43,116 nt of DNA, from assembly GCA_963777155.1 (NCBI GenBank), contig CAVZPM010000003.1:1-43116 (forward strand). The letters run 5' to 3'. The notes under the pieces are model-generated. The model was given only the letters and a program-made list of their open reading frames with translations, had not been told where the DNA came from and ran no database searches. The translations under genes were made by a program, and so were the position numbers. The DNA comes from Candidatus Bathyarchaeota archaeon. Its GTDB lineage: Archaea > Thermoproteota > Bathyarchaeia > Bathyarchaeales > Bathycorpusculaceae. This document shows positions 9,863 through 20,747 of this stretch, piece after piece (the stretch's first letter is position 1; the number at the start of each line of letters is the position of its first letter).

Positions 9863-11113
9863 TCACCGTGCTAGAATTGGCACTTGACGTTTTAAACCTA
9901 ATGCATCTTCGATGGCTGAGATGTCAGCTTCTACTTCGATCGGCTTCTCGCTTTGCTTGATTGCCGTGTCAGGATCTTTCAATCCGTGCCCAGTGGTAAC
10001 GCATACAACTCGTTCATCTTTGCATATTATGCCGTTCTTGATTAGCTTGTTCAGCCCTGCTATGGATGATGCGCTTGCGGGTTCCACAAAGATTCCTTCA
10101 ATGCGGGCGAGGATTTTTTGTGCATGCAGAATTTCTTCATCAGTGACAGTTTCAGCTGTGCCGTGGGATTCTCGGATGGCGTTGACTGCTTTTTTCCAGC
10201 TGACGGGTGCGCCGATTCGGATGGCTGTAGCGAGGGTTTCGGGGTTTTCTACAGGTACGATTTTGTCGCTTCCAGCTTTTATGGCCTGTGCGATTGGAGC
10301 GGAACCAACAGCCTGTATACCTGTCATTTTTGGCAGTTTTTTGATGTAGCCAAGTTTGTGGAATTCAGCTAGGCCTTTCCAGATAGCGGAAATGTTTCCG
10401 GCGTTTCCGACTGGGACGATTATGCGGTCGGGTGCTTCGTTGTTTAGTTGCTCACAGATTTCGTAGCCAAGAGATTTCTGGCCTTCGATACGGAACGGGT
10501 TAATCGAGTTCAAGAGGTAGATGCTCTTGTGTTTCTCGGCAAGTTTGAGCACGAACTCTAAAGCTTCATCAAAGTTACCTTTGACCTGAAGGACTTTGGC
10601 GCCGTGAATCATGGCTTGGGAGAGTTTTCCATAAGCGATTTTTCCTGAGGGAATCAGGACGGTGCATTTTATTCCTGCCCTGGCCGCGTAAGCCGCTAAG
10701 CTTGCTGAGGTGTTGCCCGTTGATGCACAAATAACGTGCCTTGCACCCAACTCAACGGCTTTGGTGACGCCAACGGTCATGCCGCGATCTTTGAAGCTGC
10801 CTGTGGGGTTTTCGCCTTCGTTTTTGACGTAGAGGTTTTTGATTCCCAACTCAGCCCCTAAACGTTCGGAGCGGTGAAGCCCAGTGCCGCCTTCACCTAA
10901 GGTAACGACTTTGGTTGCTTCGTGAATGGGCATAAAGTCGCGGTACCGCCAAACCGAGAGCGGCTTACTCATCCAACCGCTTTCTTTTAGGGTTTGGGTT
11001 AATTCTTTGAAGTCAAACTTTATCTCTAGAATGTCTCCGCATTTTTTGCAGAAGTAGATAATCTCGTCTATTCCATAGGTTGTTTTGCAGTTTATGCATT
11101 CTTGATGTGTCAT
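9863..11113 (-). CDS. thrC: Threonine synthase (archaeal type with N-terminal Zn ribbon)
   Basis: NPTGSFKDRG PLP lysine motif, CASTGNTSAS, VPVGNAGN, EPASA, TGHGLKDP. Confidence 0.95.
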   Translation of the reverse strand: MTHQECINCKTTYGIDEIIYFCKKCGDILEIKFDFKELTQTLKESGWMSKPLSVWRYRDFMPIHEATKVVTLGEGGTGLHRSERLGAELGIKNLYVKNEGENPTGSFKDRGMTVGVTKAVELGARHVICASTGNTSASLAAYAARAGIKCTVLIPSGKIAYGKLSQAMIHGAKVLQVKGNFDEALEFVLKLAEKHKSIYLLNSINPFRIEGQKSLGYEICEQLNNEAPDRIIVPVGNAGNISAIWKGLAEFHKLGYIKKLPKMTGIQAVGSAPIAQAIKAGSDKIVPVENPETLATAIRIGAPVSWKKAVNAIRESHGTAETVTDEEILHAQKILARIEGIFVEPASASSIAGLNKLIKNGIICKDERVVCVTTGHGLKDPDTAIKQSEKPIEVEADISAIEDALGLKRQVPILAR

Positions 11114-11206
11114 CTATCTGGTCTCCATTGGCAATTCTTCTTTTCTAATTATTCCTCGAAAGTATCGATTGTAACATTATTAATTTTACTATCACAATGC
11201 AAAATG

Positions 11207-11786
11207 TCAACCTACAAGATTCGACAAAACCTCGTAGGTTTTGAGGCTGTCTTTTTTCTCTACGACCATAATTGTCTCTGTCCAGCAAGAGATGAACTCG
11301 ACAATGTTCACGTTTTGCTCAGCCAACAAGGTTGCTAAGAAAAGCAACCACTCCCGGAGTGGCTTCCAGTTCCTCAGGCGAGTGGACTACAATCATCGTG
11401 CAATTGTCATGTTTAACAAGGGTTGATACACGCTCAGGCAAATCGCTTCGGTCAAGCAAGTACACAAACTTGCCAAGCAAATCCACCTTCATGCCAGTTT
11501 GCGACGGCAACTCTTTACTAGTTATCATGACTGATTTTCGGTCGTAGACTGCTATATTGCTGCGTTTGAGGAGCTGAAGCACTTTTTCCTCTCTCTTCTG
11601 TTTGTGCTTTTGCAGTTCCTCTGAGTAGCGGCGCAGGGCAGCTTTTATTGCGCTTGTGTCATCGGTTTTTAGCTCTTTTTGGATTTGCCGTGACAGCTCG
11701 CTTAGGTTGACTATACCTTTTTCTAGGGCTTCGAGTAGATAGGGTTTGTTTCGCAGGTGGCTTCTAACGTCTTGGGCGATTGTCAT
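11207..11786 (-). CDS. ACT-domain protein with HTH-like N-terminus, putative regulator; +1 frameshift at 11340-11343
   Basis: Removing one base from the 4-nt run extends ORF 11319..11786 to ...TPGVVAFLATLLAEQNVNIVEFISCWTETIMVVEKKDSLKTYEVLSNLVG*, a typical ACT module (192 aa in total). Confidence 0.75.
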
Positions 11787-11829
11787 GTTGTTTTTGAATG
11801 TATCAAATGGGACATTTAAAGCTTGTTAA

Positions 11830-11845
11830 GTGACAAAAAAGTCAC
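11830..11845. promoter_or_regulatory. Palindrome GTGAC-N6-GTCAC in the divergent promoter, putative operator
   Basis: Perfect 5-bp inverted repeat between two TTTAAA-type boxes serving the ACT gene and argG. Confidence 0.4.
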
Positions 11846-11912
11846 AAGGTTTAAAAATACAGCCCTCAAGGTTAGGAGAATAATTTAAAATAAAAAATGG
11901 GGGAGCAAACAC

Positions 11913-13131
11913 ATAACTGAAAAATTTGTACTAGCATACTCGGGCGGATTAGACACATCCGTGTTAATTAAGTACCTCCAAGAAAAATGTAACGCACAAG
12001 TAATCACAGTAACTGTAGACGTTGGTCAAGGCGAGGACCTCAAAGCAGCAGAGGAGAAAGCAAAAAAACTTGGCGTGATCAAACATTTCTCCATCGACGC
12101 CAAAGACGAGTTTGCCAAAGAATATATTTTCCCAGCCATCAAAGCCAACGCACTCTACGAAGGCAAATACCCCATAAGCACCAGCCTCTCTCGGCCCTTA
12201 ATTGCCAAAAAAATGGTTGAAATCGCCGAGAAAGAAGGTGCCTCAGCCCTAGTTCACGGTTGCACAGGCAGAGGAAACGACCAAGTTCGATTTGATATAA
12301 CTCTGGGTTCTCTTGCTCCAGAAAAACAAATAATAGCTCCCGTACGTGAATGGGGTTTGACTCGTGAAGAAGAAATTGCCTACGCCAAAACCAAAGGCAT
12401 TCCTGTTTCTGACTCAGCTAAAAAATACAGCATAGACTCAAGCGTTTGGGGACGTGCAATAGAATGTGGTTTGCTCGAAGACGCCAGTCAAGCGCCTCCA
12501 GATGATGCTTACGAATGGACTGTCGCACCAGAAAAAGCTCCAGACAAGCCAGAAATCGTCACTATTGACGTTTGAGGCTGGGGTTCCAGTTGCGGTTAAC
12601 GGCAAAAAAATGGCTCCACTCGAACTTGTAGAAGCTGTCAACAGAATTGCTGGTAGAAACGGTGTTGGCCGCATCGATCACATCGAAGACCGCATCGTAG
12701 GTCTTAAATCACGAGAAGTTTACGAGTGTCCAGCAGCCACGGTCATTTTGGAAGCTCACAAAGACCTTGAAAAGATGGTCATGACACGGCACGAAGTGCT
12801 CTTCAAACAGCAAGTCGATGCCCAATGGGTATTCCTAGCTTATGCCGGGTTGTGGGTTGACCCGCTCAAAGAAGACCTCGACGCATTCATCAACAAATCC
12901 CAAGAAAACGTCACAGGCGAAGTCAAACTTAAACTCTACAAAGGTGGCCTCATAGTAATCGGACGCAGCTCACCCAATTCGCTCTACGACAAAAACTTAG
13001 CTAACTACAACATCAAAACAAGCTTCAACCAATCCTACAGCAAAGGCTTCATAGAACTCTGGGGTCTCCAAACCAGAATGTACAACTCGCTTAAGAAGGC
13101 TGGCAAGAAGCCCAAGGCGAAGAAACCTTAA
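11913..13131 (+). CDS. argG: Argininosuccinate synthase; +1 frameshift at ~12565-12571; start uncertain (ATA 11913)
   Basis: The conserved [10 protein letters not shown] motif lies upstream of the ORF-track start; [13 protein letters not shown] and KSREVYECP are present; ORFs 11961..12575 and 12466..13131 join. Confidence 0.92.
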
Positions 13132-13179
13132 CTTATGAAATGAGGTAAGCTTGTATAGGAGGCAAGAAAAACGTCAAAG

Positions 13180-14679
13180 ATGTTGCATGGGGGACGGTTG
13201 GGCAATGTCCGTGAAGACGTTGCTAAATTCTGTTCCTCGCGGAAAGATGATGCTCGGTTAGCTGAAGCTGTTTTGGCGATTAACAAAGCACATGTCGCAA
13301 TGTTGATTGAGCAAAAAATCATTCAGAAGCAGGATGGCGCAAGAATTCTCTTAGCCCTCCAAAAGATAGACAGCAAAAAACTTGACCCTAATTCCGAAGA
13401 CGTTCACATGGCAGTTGAGGAAGAGGTTTTGGCTGCGACTGATCCTGAGGTCGGAGGTAATCTGCACATTGCTAAGAGCAGAAACGACCAAGTCACAACC
13501 GCCATCCGTATGGCACTTCGCATTGAACTAATCAACATATTACAGCGTGTCATCGATATGCAGCAAAGCCTTCTAGAAACCGCCGCTAAACATACCCAAA
13601 CTATAATCTTAGAATACACTCATCTGCAACCAGCCCAACCCGTAACATTTGCTCACTACCTGCTCTCACACGTGGATGCTTTGGGCAGAGACATAGAACG
13701 CCTGCAAGCCGCTTATGGACACGTTAACTTGTGCCCTCTGGGCGCTGGAGCACTGGCAACCACAAGCTTCCCAATAAACCGCAAAACAACCGCGGAACTC
13801 TTAGGTTTCGATGCGGTGCTGGAGAATTCAATTGATGCCGTCGGTAGCCGAGACTACGTCCTGGAAACCCAATCAGCTCTGACACTGCTCGCAGTGAACT
13901 TAAGCCGCTTAGCTGAGGATCTGATAATTTGGAGTTCACCTGAATTCGGAACAATCGAATTGCCCGATGAGTTCACTTCAACAAGCAGCATCATGCCGCA
14001 GAAGAAGAACCCTGAGGTCCTCGAAGTTATCCGAGCAAGAGCCAGCTATGCACTTGGCGACTTTGTAGCTTCAGCTGCCGCAATTAAAAGTCTTCCAACA
14101 ACTTACAACCTTGATTTCCAAGAGGTAACCCCGAAGCTTTGGGCATCCACAGATAACCTGTCAGCTACACTGAGAATATTTGCTAAAATAATACCTGACC
14201 TTAAAGTTACGGACAACATTGAAAACAAGGCAACCGCAGGTTTCGTTGGGGCAACCGAGCTAGCTAACATACTGGTGCGAAAGTATAGCGTTGCTTTCAG
14301 AACTTCCCACAAGATAGTTGGAGCTCTGGTAAAAGCCTTGATTGATTCAAAACAAACCCTGCTGGATGCGACACCTGAATTGCTTAGTAAGGTAGCTAAA
14401 GTATCAGCCAACATAGAATTAACGGTTAAGAAACAGGATTTAATTGAATGCACAAATCCCCGCAAACTAATCGAAACCTATAAAGTACAAGGCGGTCCAT
14501 CACCCGCAGAGGTTGAAAGAGCAATCACAGCCCAAAACAAAACCCTGACACAGACAAAAACAACTATAACTAAACTCCAAGCAAACCTTACCAAGGCAGA
14601 AAACTCCCTTAATTTGACCGTGGAATCTTACGCTTCAAAATCTTCCAAAAACGGAAGACTTAAAAATTCAGAGTTATAG
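13180..14679 (+). CDS. argH: Argininosuccinate lyase
   Basis: SRNDQV, YTHLQPAQP, PLGAGALA and the fumarate-lyase signature SSIMPQKKNP. Confidence 0.95.
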   Translation: MLHGGRLGNVREDVAKFCSSRKDDARLAEAVLAINKAHVAMLIEQKIIQKQDGARILLALQKIDSKKLDPNSEDVHMAVEEEVLAATDPEVGGNLHIAKSRNDQVTTAIRMALRIELINILQRVIDMQQSLLETAAKHTQTIILEYTHLQPAQPVTFAHYLLSHVDALGRDIERLQAAYGHVNLCPLGAGALATTSFPINRKTTAELLGFDAVLENSIDAVGSRDYVLETQSALTLLAVNLSRLAEDLIIWSSPEFGTIELPDEFTSTSSIMPQKKNPEVLEVIRARASYALGDFVASAAAIKSLPTTYNLDFQEVTPKLWASTDNLSATLRIFAKIIPDLKVTDNIENKATAGFVGATELANILVRKYSVAFRTSHKIVGALVKALIDSKQTLLDATPELLSKVAKVSANIELTVKKQDLIECTNPRKLIETYKVQGGPSPAEVERAITAQNKTLTQTKTTITKLQANLTKAENSLNLTVESYASKSSKNGRLKNSEL

Positions 14680-14680
14680 G

Positions 14681-15838
14681 TTGAATAGGGCTTTGGTCCC
14701 ACAATATAGCACGTCCAACAAAAATAAAAAAGCAATACTGCTTCTTGAAGACGGAACGTCTTTTGTCGGTAACGGTTTTGGAGCAACAGGAAAAATTTCT
14801 GGCGAAGTTGTTTTTTCAACCCAAATGGTTGGTTACCCAGAAGCCTTAACTGATCCATCGTACAAAGGGCAGGTTTTAACTTTCACTTATCCAATGGTAG
14901 GAAACTACGGCGTTCCATCCAACGAGCAAAACCTTGGATTACCTCTTTACTTTGAGTCTGACCACATCCAAGTTCAAGGCTTAATCATCCACGAATTATG
15001 TCATGAACCATTCCATTGGGCATCCACCCGTACACTAGATAAGTGGCTAGCAGACGAAGGTGTTCCAGGTATCTACGGCGTAGACACAAGACGCTTAACT
15101 AAGAAACTTCGAACCCACGGAGTAATGCTGGGTATTTTGCAGGTTTTTGAAGCAGGCGAAAAACCTGATTTCGATGTTCTCTTGAAGAACGGCAAAAACA
15201 TAGTTGATCCCAACCTGACAGATTTAGTCAAGGAAGTATCGGTCAAAAAACCCGTCACCTACAGTGTTGACGGCAAAAAGAATGTAGTACTAATCGACTG
15301 CGGAGTAAAATACAGCATCATCCGTAACCTGCTTAAACGGGGAATAAACGTTGTCCGCGTGCCCTATGACACGTCTGCCAGCGAAATCATGGCATACAAC
15401 CCAGATGGCGTATTTCTAAGCAATGGTCCAGGCGACCCCAAAAAATGCACAAAAACTATCGCGGCTATCCAAGAATTAAGTGAAAAAGTTCCGGTTATGG
15501 GTATCTGTCTTGGCGCACAAATCCTAGCGTTGGCGCTGGGCGGAGACACATACAAACTGAAGTTTGGCCACCGCGCTCAAAACCAGCCGGCTCTTGATCT
15601 AAACAACAACCGCTGCTACATCACCACCCAAAATCATGGTTACGCAATAAACATGGATTCCCTGAAGGCAACTTCTCTAGAACCTTGGTTTATTAATCCC
15701 AACGACAAAACAACTGAAGGCATAAAACACAAACACAAACCTGTCTTCGCTGTGCAGTGGCATCCAGAAGCTTCACCGGGACCGTACGACACCGAATTAC
15801 TGTTCGATAAATTCGCCAAAACCTTGGAGGTCAAGTAA
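14681..15838 (+). CDS. carA: Carbamoyl-phosphate synthase small subunit
   Basis: [40 protein letters not shown]. Confidence 0.95.
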   Translation: MNRALVPQYSTSNKNKKAILLLEDGTSFVGNGFGATGKISGEVVFSTQMVGYPEALTDPSYKGQVLTFTYPMVGNYGVPSNEQNLGLPLYFESDHIQVQGLIIHELCHEPFHWASTRTLDKWLADEGVPGIYGVDTRRLTKKLRTHGVMLGILQVFEAGEKPDFDVLLKNGKNIVDPNLTDLVKEVSVKKPVTYSVDGKKNVVLIDCGVKYSIIRNLLKRGINVVRVPYDTSASEIMAYNPDGVFLSNGPGDPKKCTKTIAAIQELSEKVPVMGICLGAQILALALGGDTYKLKFGHRAQNQPALDLNNNRCYITTQNHGYAINMDSLKATSLEPWFINPNDKTTEGIKHKHKPVFAVQWHPEASPGPYDTELLFDKFAKTLEVK

Positions 15839-15839
15839 G

Positions 15840-18800
15840 ATGCCCAAGTTTGATTGGATAAAGAAAGTTCTGGTTCTCGGTAGCGGGGCCATCAAAATCG
15901 GAGAAGCAGCCGAATTCGACTACAGCGGGAGTCAATGCCTAAAGGCACTTCGTGAAGAAGGCATAGAAACCGTTCTCATTAACCCAAACATCGCCACAAT
16001 CCAAACTGACCCCCGCCTATCAGGCAAAGTGTACCTTCTTCCAGTCACACCCGAATTCGTCGAGAAAGTTATAGCTAAAGAACGCCCAGACGGTATCCTT
16101 CTGGGGTTCGGTGGACAAACCGCACTTAACTGCGGCTTAGAACTCGAAAAAACAGGTATCCTTCAAAAGTATAACGTTAAAGTTTTAGGTACCCCTGTCC
16201 AAGCCATAGAAGACACAGGTGACCGTGAAAGATTCCGCCAAGCCATGCAAAAAGCAGGTGTCCCCTTCCTGAAAAGCAGAGCTGCCACCAGTGTAAAACA
16301 GGCAATGGAGATTGCTGATGAAATCGGTTACCCCGTGATGGTTCGTGTGGCTTATACTTTGGGCGGCAAAGGTGCCGGTGTCGCTCACAACATCAAAGAA
16401 CTCAAAGAAATTGTAACAATAGGCATTGCACAGAGCCGCATTAACCAAGTGCTCGTGGAAGAGTATGTGGGGCACTGGAAAGAAGTTGAATACGAAGTTA
16501 TGCGTGACTACGCAGACAACTGCTTAACAGTTTGTAACATGGAAAACTTTGACCCCATGGGTATTCACACAGGTGACAGTATCGTGGTTGCGCCTTCGCA
16601 AACTATGACTAACCGCGAATACCACCAGATCCGCTCAATATCAATAAACGCAATACGCAGCCTCGGTATAGTGGGCGAATGCAACATCCAATGGGCACTT
16701 CACACCAAATCCGAGGAGTGTAGAGTCATAGAAGTTAACTCACGTATGTCACGTAGTTCTGCGCTTGCCAGCAAAGTCACAGGTTACCCACTTGCTTACA
16801 TAGCAACAAAACTTACCTTAGGCTACACTCTGCCCAGAGCTAATCAACAAAGTTACTGAAGTCACTACCGCTTGCTTCGAACCAGCACTTGACTACATTA
16901 CCGTTAAAATCCCCCGTTGGGACCTGCAGAAATTCAAGAATGCAGACCGACATGTGGGTCCACAGATGCGTTCTGTAGGCGAAGTCATGGCTATTGGCAG
17001 ATGCTTCGAGGAAGCGTTGCAGAAAGCTGTTCGCATGCTAGATATCGGCAAGATTGGGCTCGTCTGCAACCTAGAAGATTCAGAACCCGAATCTGAAGAA
17101 CGCCTAAGAGATGAAATGGCGCATCCCACAGACGAACGCCTCTACAAGATTGCTAAAGCCCTTAAAATGGGCATTCCAATAATGGAGATTTACCGTTTAA
17201 GCGGCGTTGACCCCTTCTTTCTATACAAAATCCAAAACATTGTAGACATGGAAACGCAACTTCGCTGCTTAAACCTTGCCGAAGAATCAGCTGCAGAAAC
17301 CATGCGCGAAGCCAAACGCATAGGCTTCTCTGATGAACAAATCGCTCAGTGCCAATACACAGATGAATTCACGATTAGAACCTTCAGAAAGAGCGCCAAC
17401 ATAATTCCAGCAGTTAAACAAATTGATACCCTAGCCGCGGAGTGGCCTGCAAAAACCAACTACCTCTACCTCACATACGGCGGCGACGAAGACGACATCG
17501 AACTCAGCAACACCCCGAGCAAAGTCATTGTTTTAGGTGCAGGGGTTTTCCGTATTGGCTCCAGCGTCGAGTTCGACTGGTGTGGTGTCAACACGATTTG
17601 GGCGCTCAAAAAGAACGGCATAAAAGAAGCCATAATGGTCAACTACAACCCCGAAACCGTCTCCACAGACTACGATATATCTGACAAACTTTACTTCGAA
17701 GAATTAACCATCGAACGCATTCTCGACATCTATGAGAAAGAGAATCCTTTAGGCATCATAACCAGCGTGGGCGGACAAATCCCAAACAACCTGTCCATGA
17801 CGCTTGCAAAATCAGGCGTAAAAATACTAGGGACCTCAGCAGAAAACGTTGATTTGGCTGAAGACCGCTCCAAATTCAGCGCACTCCTCGACCAACTTGA
17901 CATTGGCCAGCCCAGTTGGAGCAAACTCCAATCCATCGATGCTGCTAAACGATTCGCCGAAAAGATCGGTTACCCAGTCATTGTGCGCCCAAGTTATGTG
18001 CTCTCAGGTTCAGCCATGCGCGTCGCCTACAACGAGTCTTCGCTTGAGAACTTTCTTAACTTAGCGGCTAAAGTTGGACGCGACCATCCAGTTGTCATCA
18101 GCAAATTCATTAACCGCGCCAAAGAAGTCGAAGTCGACGGCGTCTCCGATGGAGAAAACGTGTTCATAGGCGCTATCATGGAACACGTGGAGAATGCGGG
18201 TGTCCATAGCGGCGATGCAACCATGACCATTCCGCCTCAAGCGCTCAAAATTGAGGTGCAGAAGAAAATTGAAGAATGCACAATCAGTATCGTTAAAGCC
18301 CTCAACATCCATGGACCCTACAACATCCAGTATCTAGTCAAAGACGATGTGGTCAACGTTATCGAATGCAACCTTAGAGCCTCCCGCTCGATGCCCTTTG
18401 TCAGCAAAACCCGCGGCATAAACATGATTGAACTCGCAACTTTGGCCATGCTGGGCAAAAAAATTGACGCTGTCAAGCTCTCCCCCATGACTGTTGCACC
18501 CCACGTCGGCGTAAAAGTTCCCCAGTTCAGCTTTATGCGTCTTAGCGGTGCCGACCCAGTGCTTGGAGTAGAAATGCTCAGCACTGGCGAAGTAGCATGT
18601 TTGGGCCAAAACTTCTCCGATGCATTCAGCAAAGCTTTGCAGGCTGCAGAGTTCACAATTCCACCCAAAGACGGCAAAGTCTTCATCAGCGTGGGCGGTG
18701 ACGAGGAACGCAAGAAACGGGTTGTCCCGATTGCCCAGGCGCTTGCTGAGATGGGATTCAAGATCTACGCGACTCAACACACAGCCGACGTGCTCAACGC

Positions 18801-19116
18801 AAATGGCGTAGCTGCTACCGTCCTCTACAAAGTTAAAGACGCCCAAGTCAGTCCCAACATCATGGATTTCCTGCAGGAACGCAAAATCGACCTCGTCATC
18901 AACGTGCCCATTGCAAACCGACGCTCAAGCATTAGCGACATCATAACCGACGGCTACATCATTAGGCGTCAAGCTGTAGAATTCAACGTCCCAGTAATCA
19001 CTAACCTGCAATTGGCAGCGGCACTCGTGGATGTCTTAAAGCAGAAAGGACAGAATGGCAACTCAATCCGCTCGCTCAATGAGTACATGGATGACTTGCC
19101 CTGGAAACAATGGTGA
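15840..19116 (+). CDS. carB: Carbamoyl-phosphate synthase large subunit; +1 frameshift at 16833-16835
   Basis: [12 protein letters not shown]; removing one C restores [22 protein letters not shown]; [14 protein letters not shown]-terminal MGS domain. Confidence 0.95.
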
Positions 19117-19136
19117 CCTTCCCTTCCCCATTTTTA
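19117..19136 (+). terminator. Pyrimidine/T tract after carB, possible archaeal terminator
   Basis: CCTTCCCTTCCCCATTTTT directly after the stop codon. Confidence 0.4.
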
Positions 19137-19159
19137 ACATGGATCAAAAGGTTGACTCT

Positions 19160-19352
19160 TTAGAGTACTAAAAAAGCATCTAAAACATTCGGAAAAACAT
19201 TATGAGTAGTCATCTGCGGAATTTTCTGGACGACTACTTTCAAGTTAAGACGATTAATCTCTTTCTTGACACGCTCAGGGATTAACCAAAAAATGCAATG
19301 GTCTCATTCAACATGGCCTTGATTACTGAAATTGCCAACAGGGTCTCCCTGC
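19160..19352 (-). pseudogene. Degraded remnant of a small HTH-like protein gene
   Basis: Minus-strand fragments GRP(C)W and PERVKKEINRLNLKVVVQKIPQMTTH separated by stops; resembles, from memory only, a Bathyarchaeia family with GKPW...RLGLxVVV...TTT. Confidence 0.35.
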
Positions 19353-19469
19353 TGAAATGTCCTCCCTCTGTCGATTCTGTAACTTTCGATCATTAGGTTG
19401 CAAAAAGTGTTCCAGGTCTGGAACAATGTGTTCTTTGAGTAGAATTAAATGTCACCTTTTAGCTATTGA

Positions 19470-20747
19470 TTGCCAGGTGTGAAGGTGAGGAAAGCAATCA
19501 TCCTAACAGCAATCTTTGTACTAGTGTTCTTAGCGTTAAGTGTGGCTTGGCTTGCCTTTGCAGACAGTTCTCCCTTCACTTTGCCCGTAGAGTTGCAGAC
19601 GAATTTGCAGGGCGAATTTGGTTACTCAGTATATCAGCTAGCTGATGGAAGCCTAGTTTTAAACACATCCAACCAAACATGCACTTTCCTCGTAAAGATC
19701 AGCTCATCAAACCAAGTACTATGGTCGAAACCAATCTTAATTGACCCAGCAAACACCACTCTTCCCCGTCTTCGACCAACCGCTGACGGCGGCTTCATTT
19801 TGGGAGGAATAGTGGATAACCTCTATACCGTGGTTAAAACCGATTCAGATGGCAACGTCACATGGACCAAAACCTTCAGTTCAGGAGCACCCATTAACTA
19901 CTTTCAATCCATAATCCAAACCAACGACAAGGGCTTTGCTTTCGCAGGATTTGGTCAATTGGTCGATGAAGGCTTAGGTTGGATTTGGTTTGTCAAAACC
20001 GATTCCTCAGGAAACATGGAGTGGAACAGGACGATTTCGGGGCCGCTGGCAGATTGTCCGTCAAGTGTTTTCCAAACATCAGATGGCGATTATGTCCTTT
20101 CTGATGTCAGTTATACTTTCAATCCGAACCACGCATTTTTTAGGCTCATAAAGTTGGATGCTTTGGGAAATGTGTTGGGATCTACGGTTTACGGCGGCGA
20201 CGGCTACTTCTATCAACCCGAATGCAACTTCGCCATAGCTACCCAAGATGGCGGGTACCTAATGGCGGGTTACCTCTGGCAGAAGAATGCATGGGTAGTC
20301 AAGACAGATTCAGATGGAAACATGCAATGGAACCAAACCTATGGAGTCATACACAGCTCCATAACAAGCGCCCTCGAAACTCCAAAAGGCGAATACCTGC
20401 TCCTGTCGATTTCAAACCTAACAGATGTGCAACTAATCCTGACTGACTCAAAAGGCAACCAGATTTGGAAAACGATTCTACCCGAAGTTAGGTTGCCTGT
20501 GGGGTTGGAGGCAAGCTTCAACTCTCTCATCAGTGCCAAAGAAGGTGGTTACATCATTGTGGGATCGAAGAATGGACAGGTGTGGCTTGCCAAGTCTGAT
20601 ACGCAAGATGGCACACCATTTTCAACTCTCTTATTGCCCTATATAGAGGCGGCGTTAGCTATTGCTCTGGTGGCAACAGTTCTTGTTGTGGCAAAGAAAG
20701 ACATAGGTAGGAAAAACCAAAAAGCTCGTGGAAAGGAATCAACCTAA
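19470..20747 (+). CDS. Secreted, membrane-anchored repeat (beta-propeller-like) protein
   Basis: N-terminal hydrophobic signal, repeats of TxDGGYxxxG...WxVKTDSxGNxxW, C-terminal TM helix with basic tail. Confidence 0.8.
   Translation: MPGVKVRKAIILTAIFVLVFLALSVAWLAFADSSPFTLPVELQTNLQGEFGYSVYQLADGSLVLNTSNQTCTFLVKISSSNQVLWSKPILIDPANTTLPRLRPTADGGFILGGIVDNLYTVVKTDSDGNVTWTKTFSSGAPINYFQSIIQTNDKGFAFAGFGQLVDEGLGWIWFVKTDSSGNMEWNRTISGPLADCPSSVFQTSDGDYVLSDVSYTFNPNHAFFRLIKLDALGNVLGSTVYGGDGYFYQPECNFAIATQDGGYLMAGYLWQKNAWVVKTDSDGNMQWNQTYGVIHSSITSALETPKGEYLLLSISNLTDVQLILTDSKGNQIWKTILPEVRLPVGLEASFNSLISAKEGGYIIVGSKNGQVWLAKSDTQDGTPFSTLLLPYIEAALAIALVATVLVVAKKDIGRKNQKARGKEST

Noticed and set aside
11114-11206. Search for a Thr-rich leader upstream of thrC
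   Set aside because: Only MLQSILSRNN and METR mini-ORFs are present, with no codon run.
16830-16960. Split carB1/carB2 genes or programmed frameshifting in carB, argG, aroC or leuB
   Set aside because: No slippery heptamers; a single-base deletion restores continuous conserved sequence, consistent with read error.
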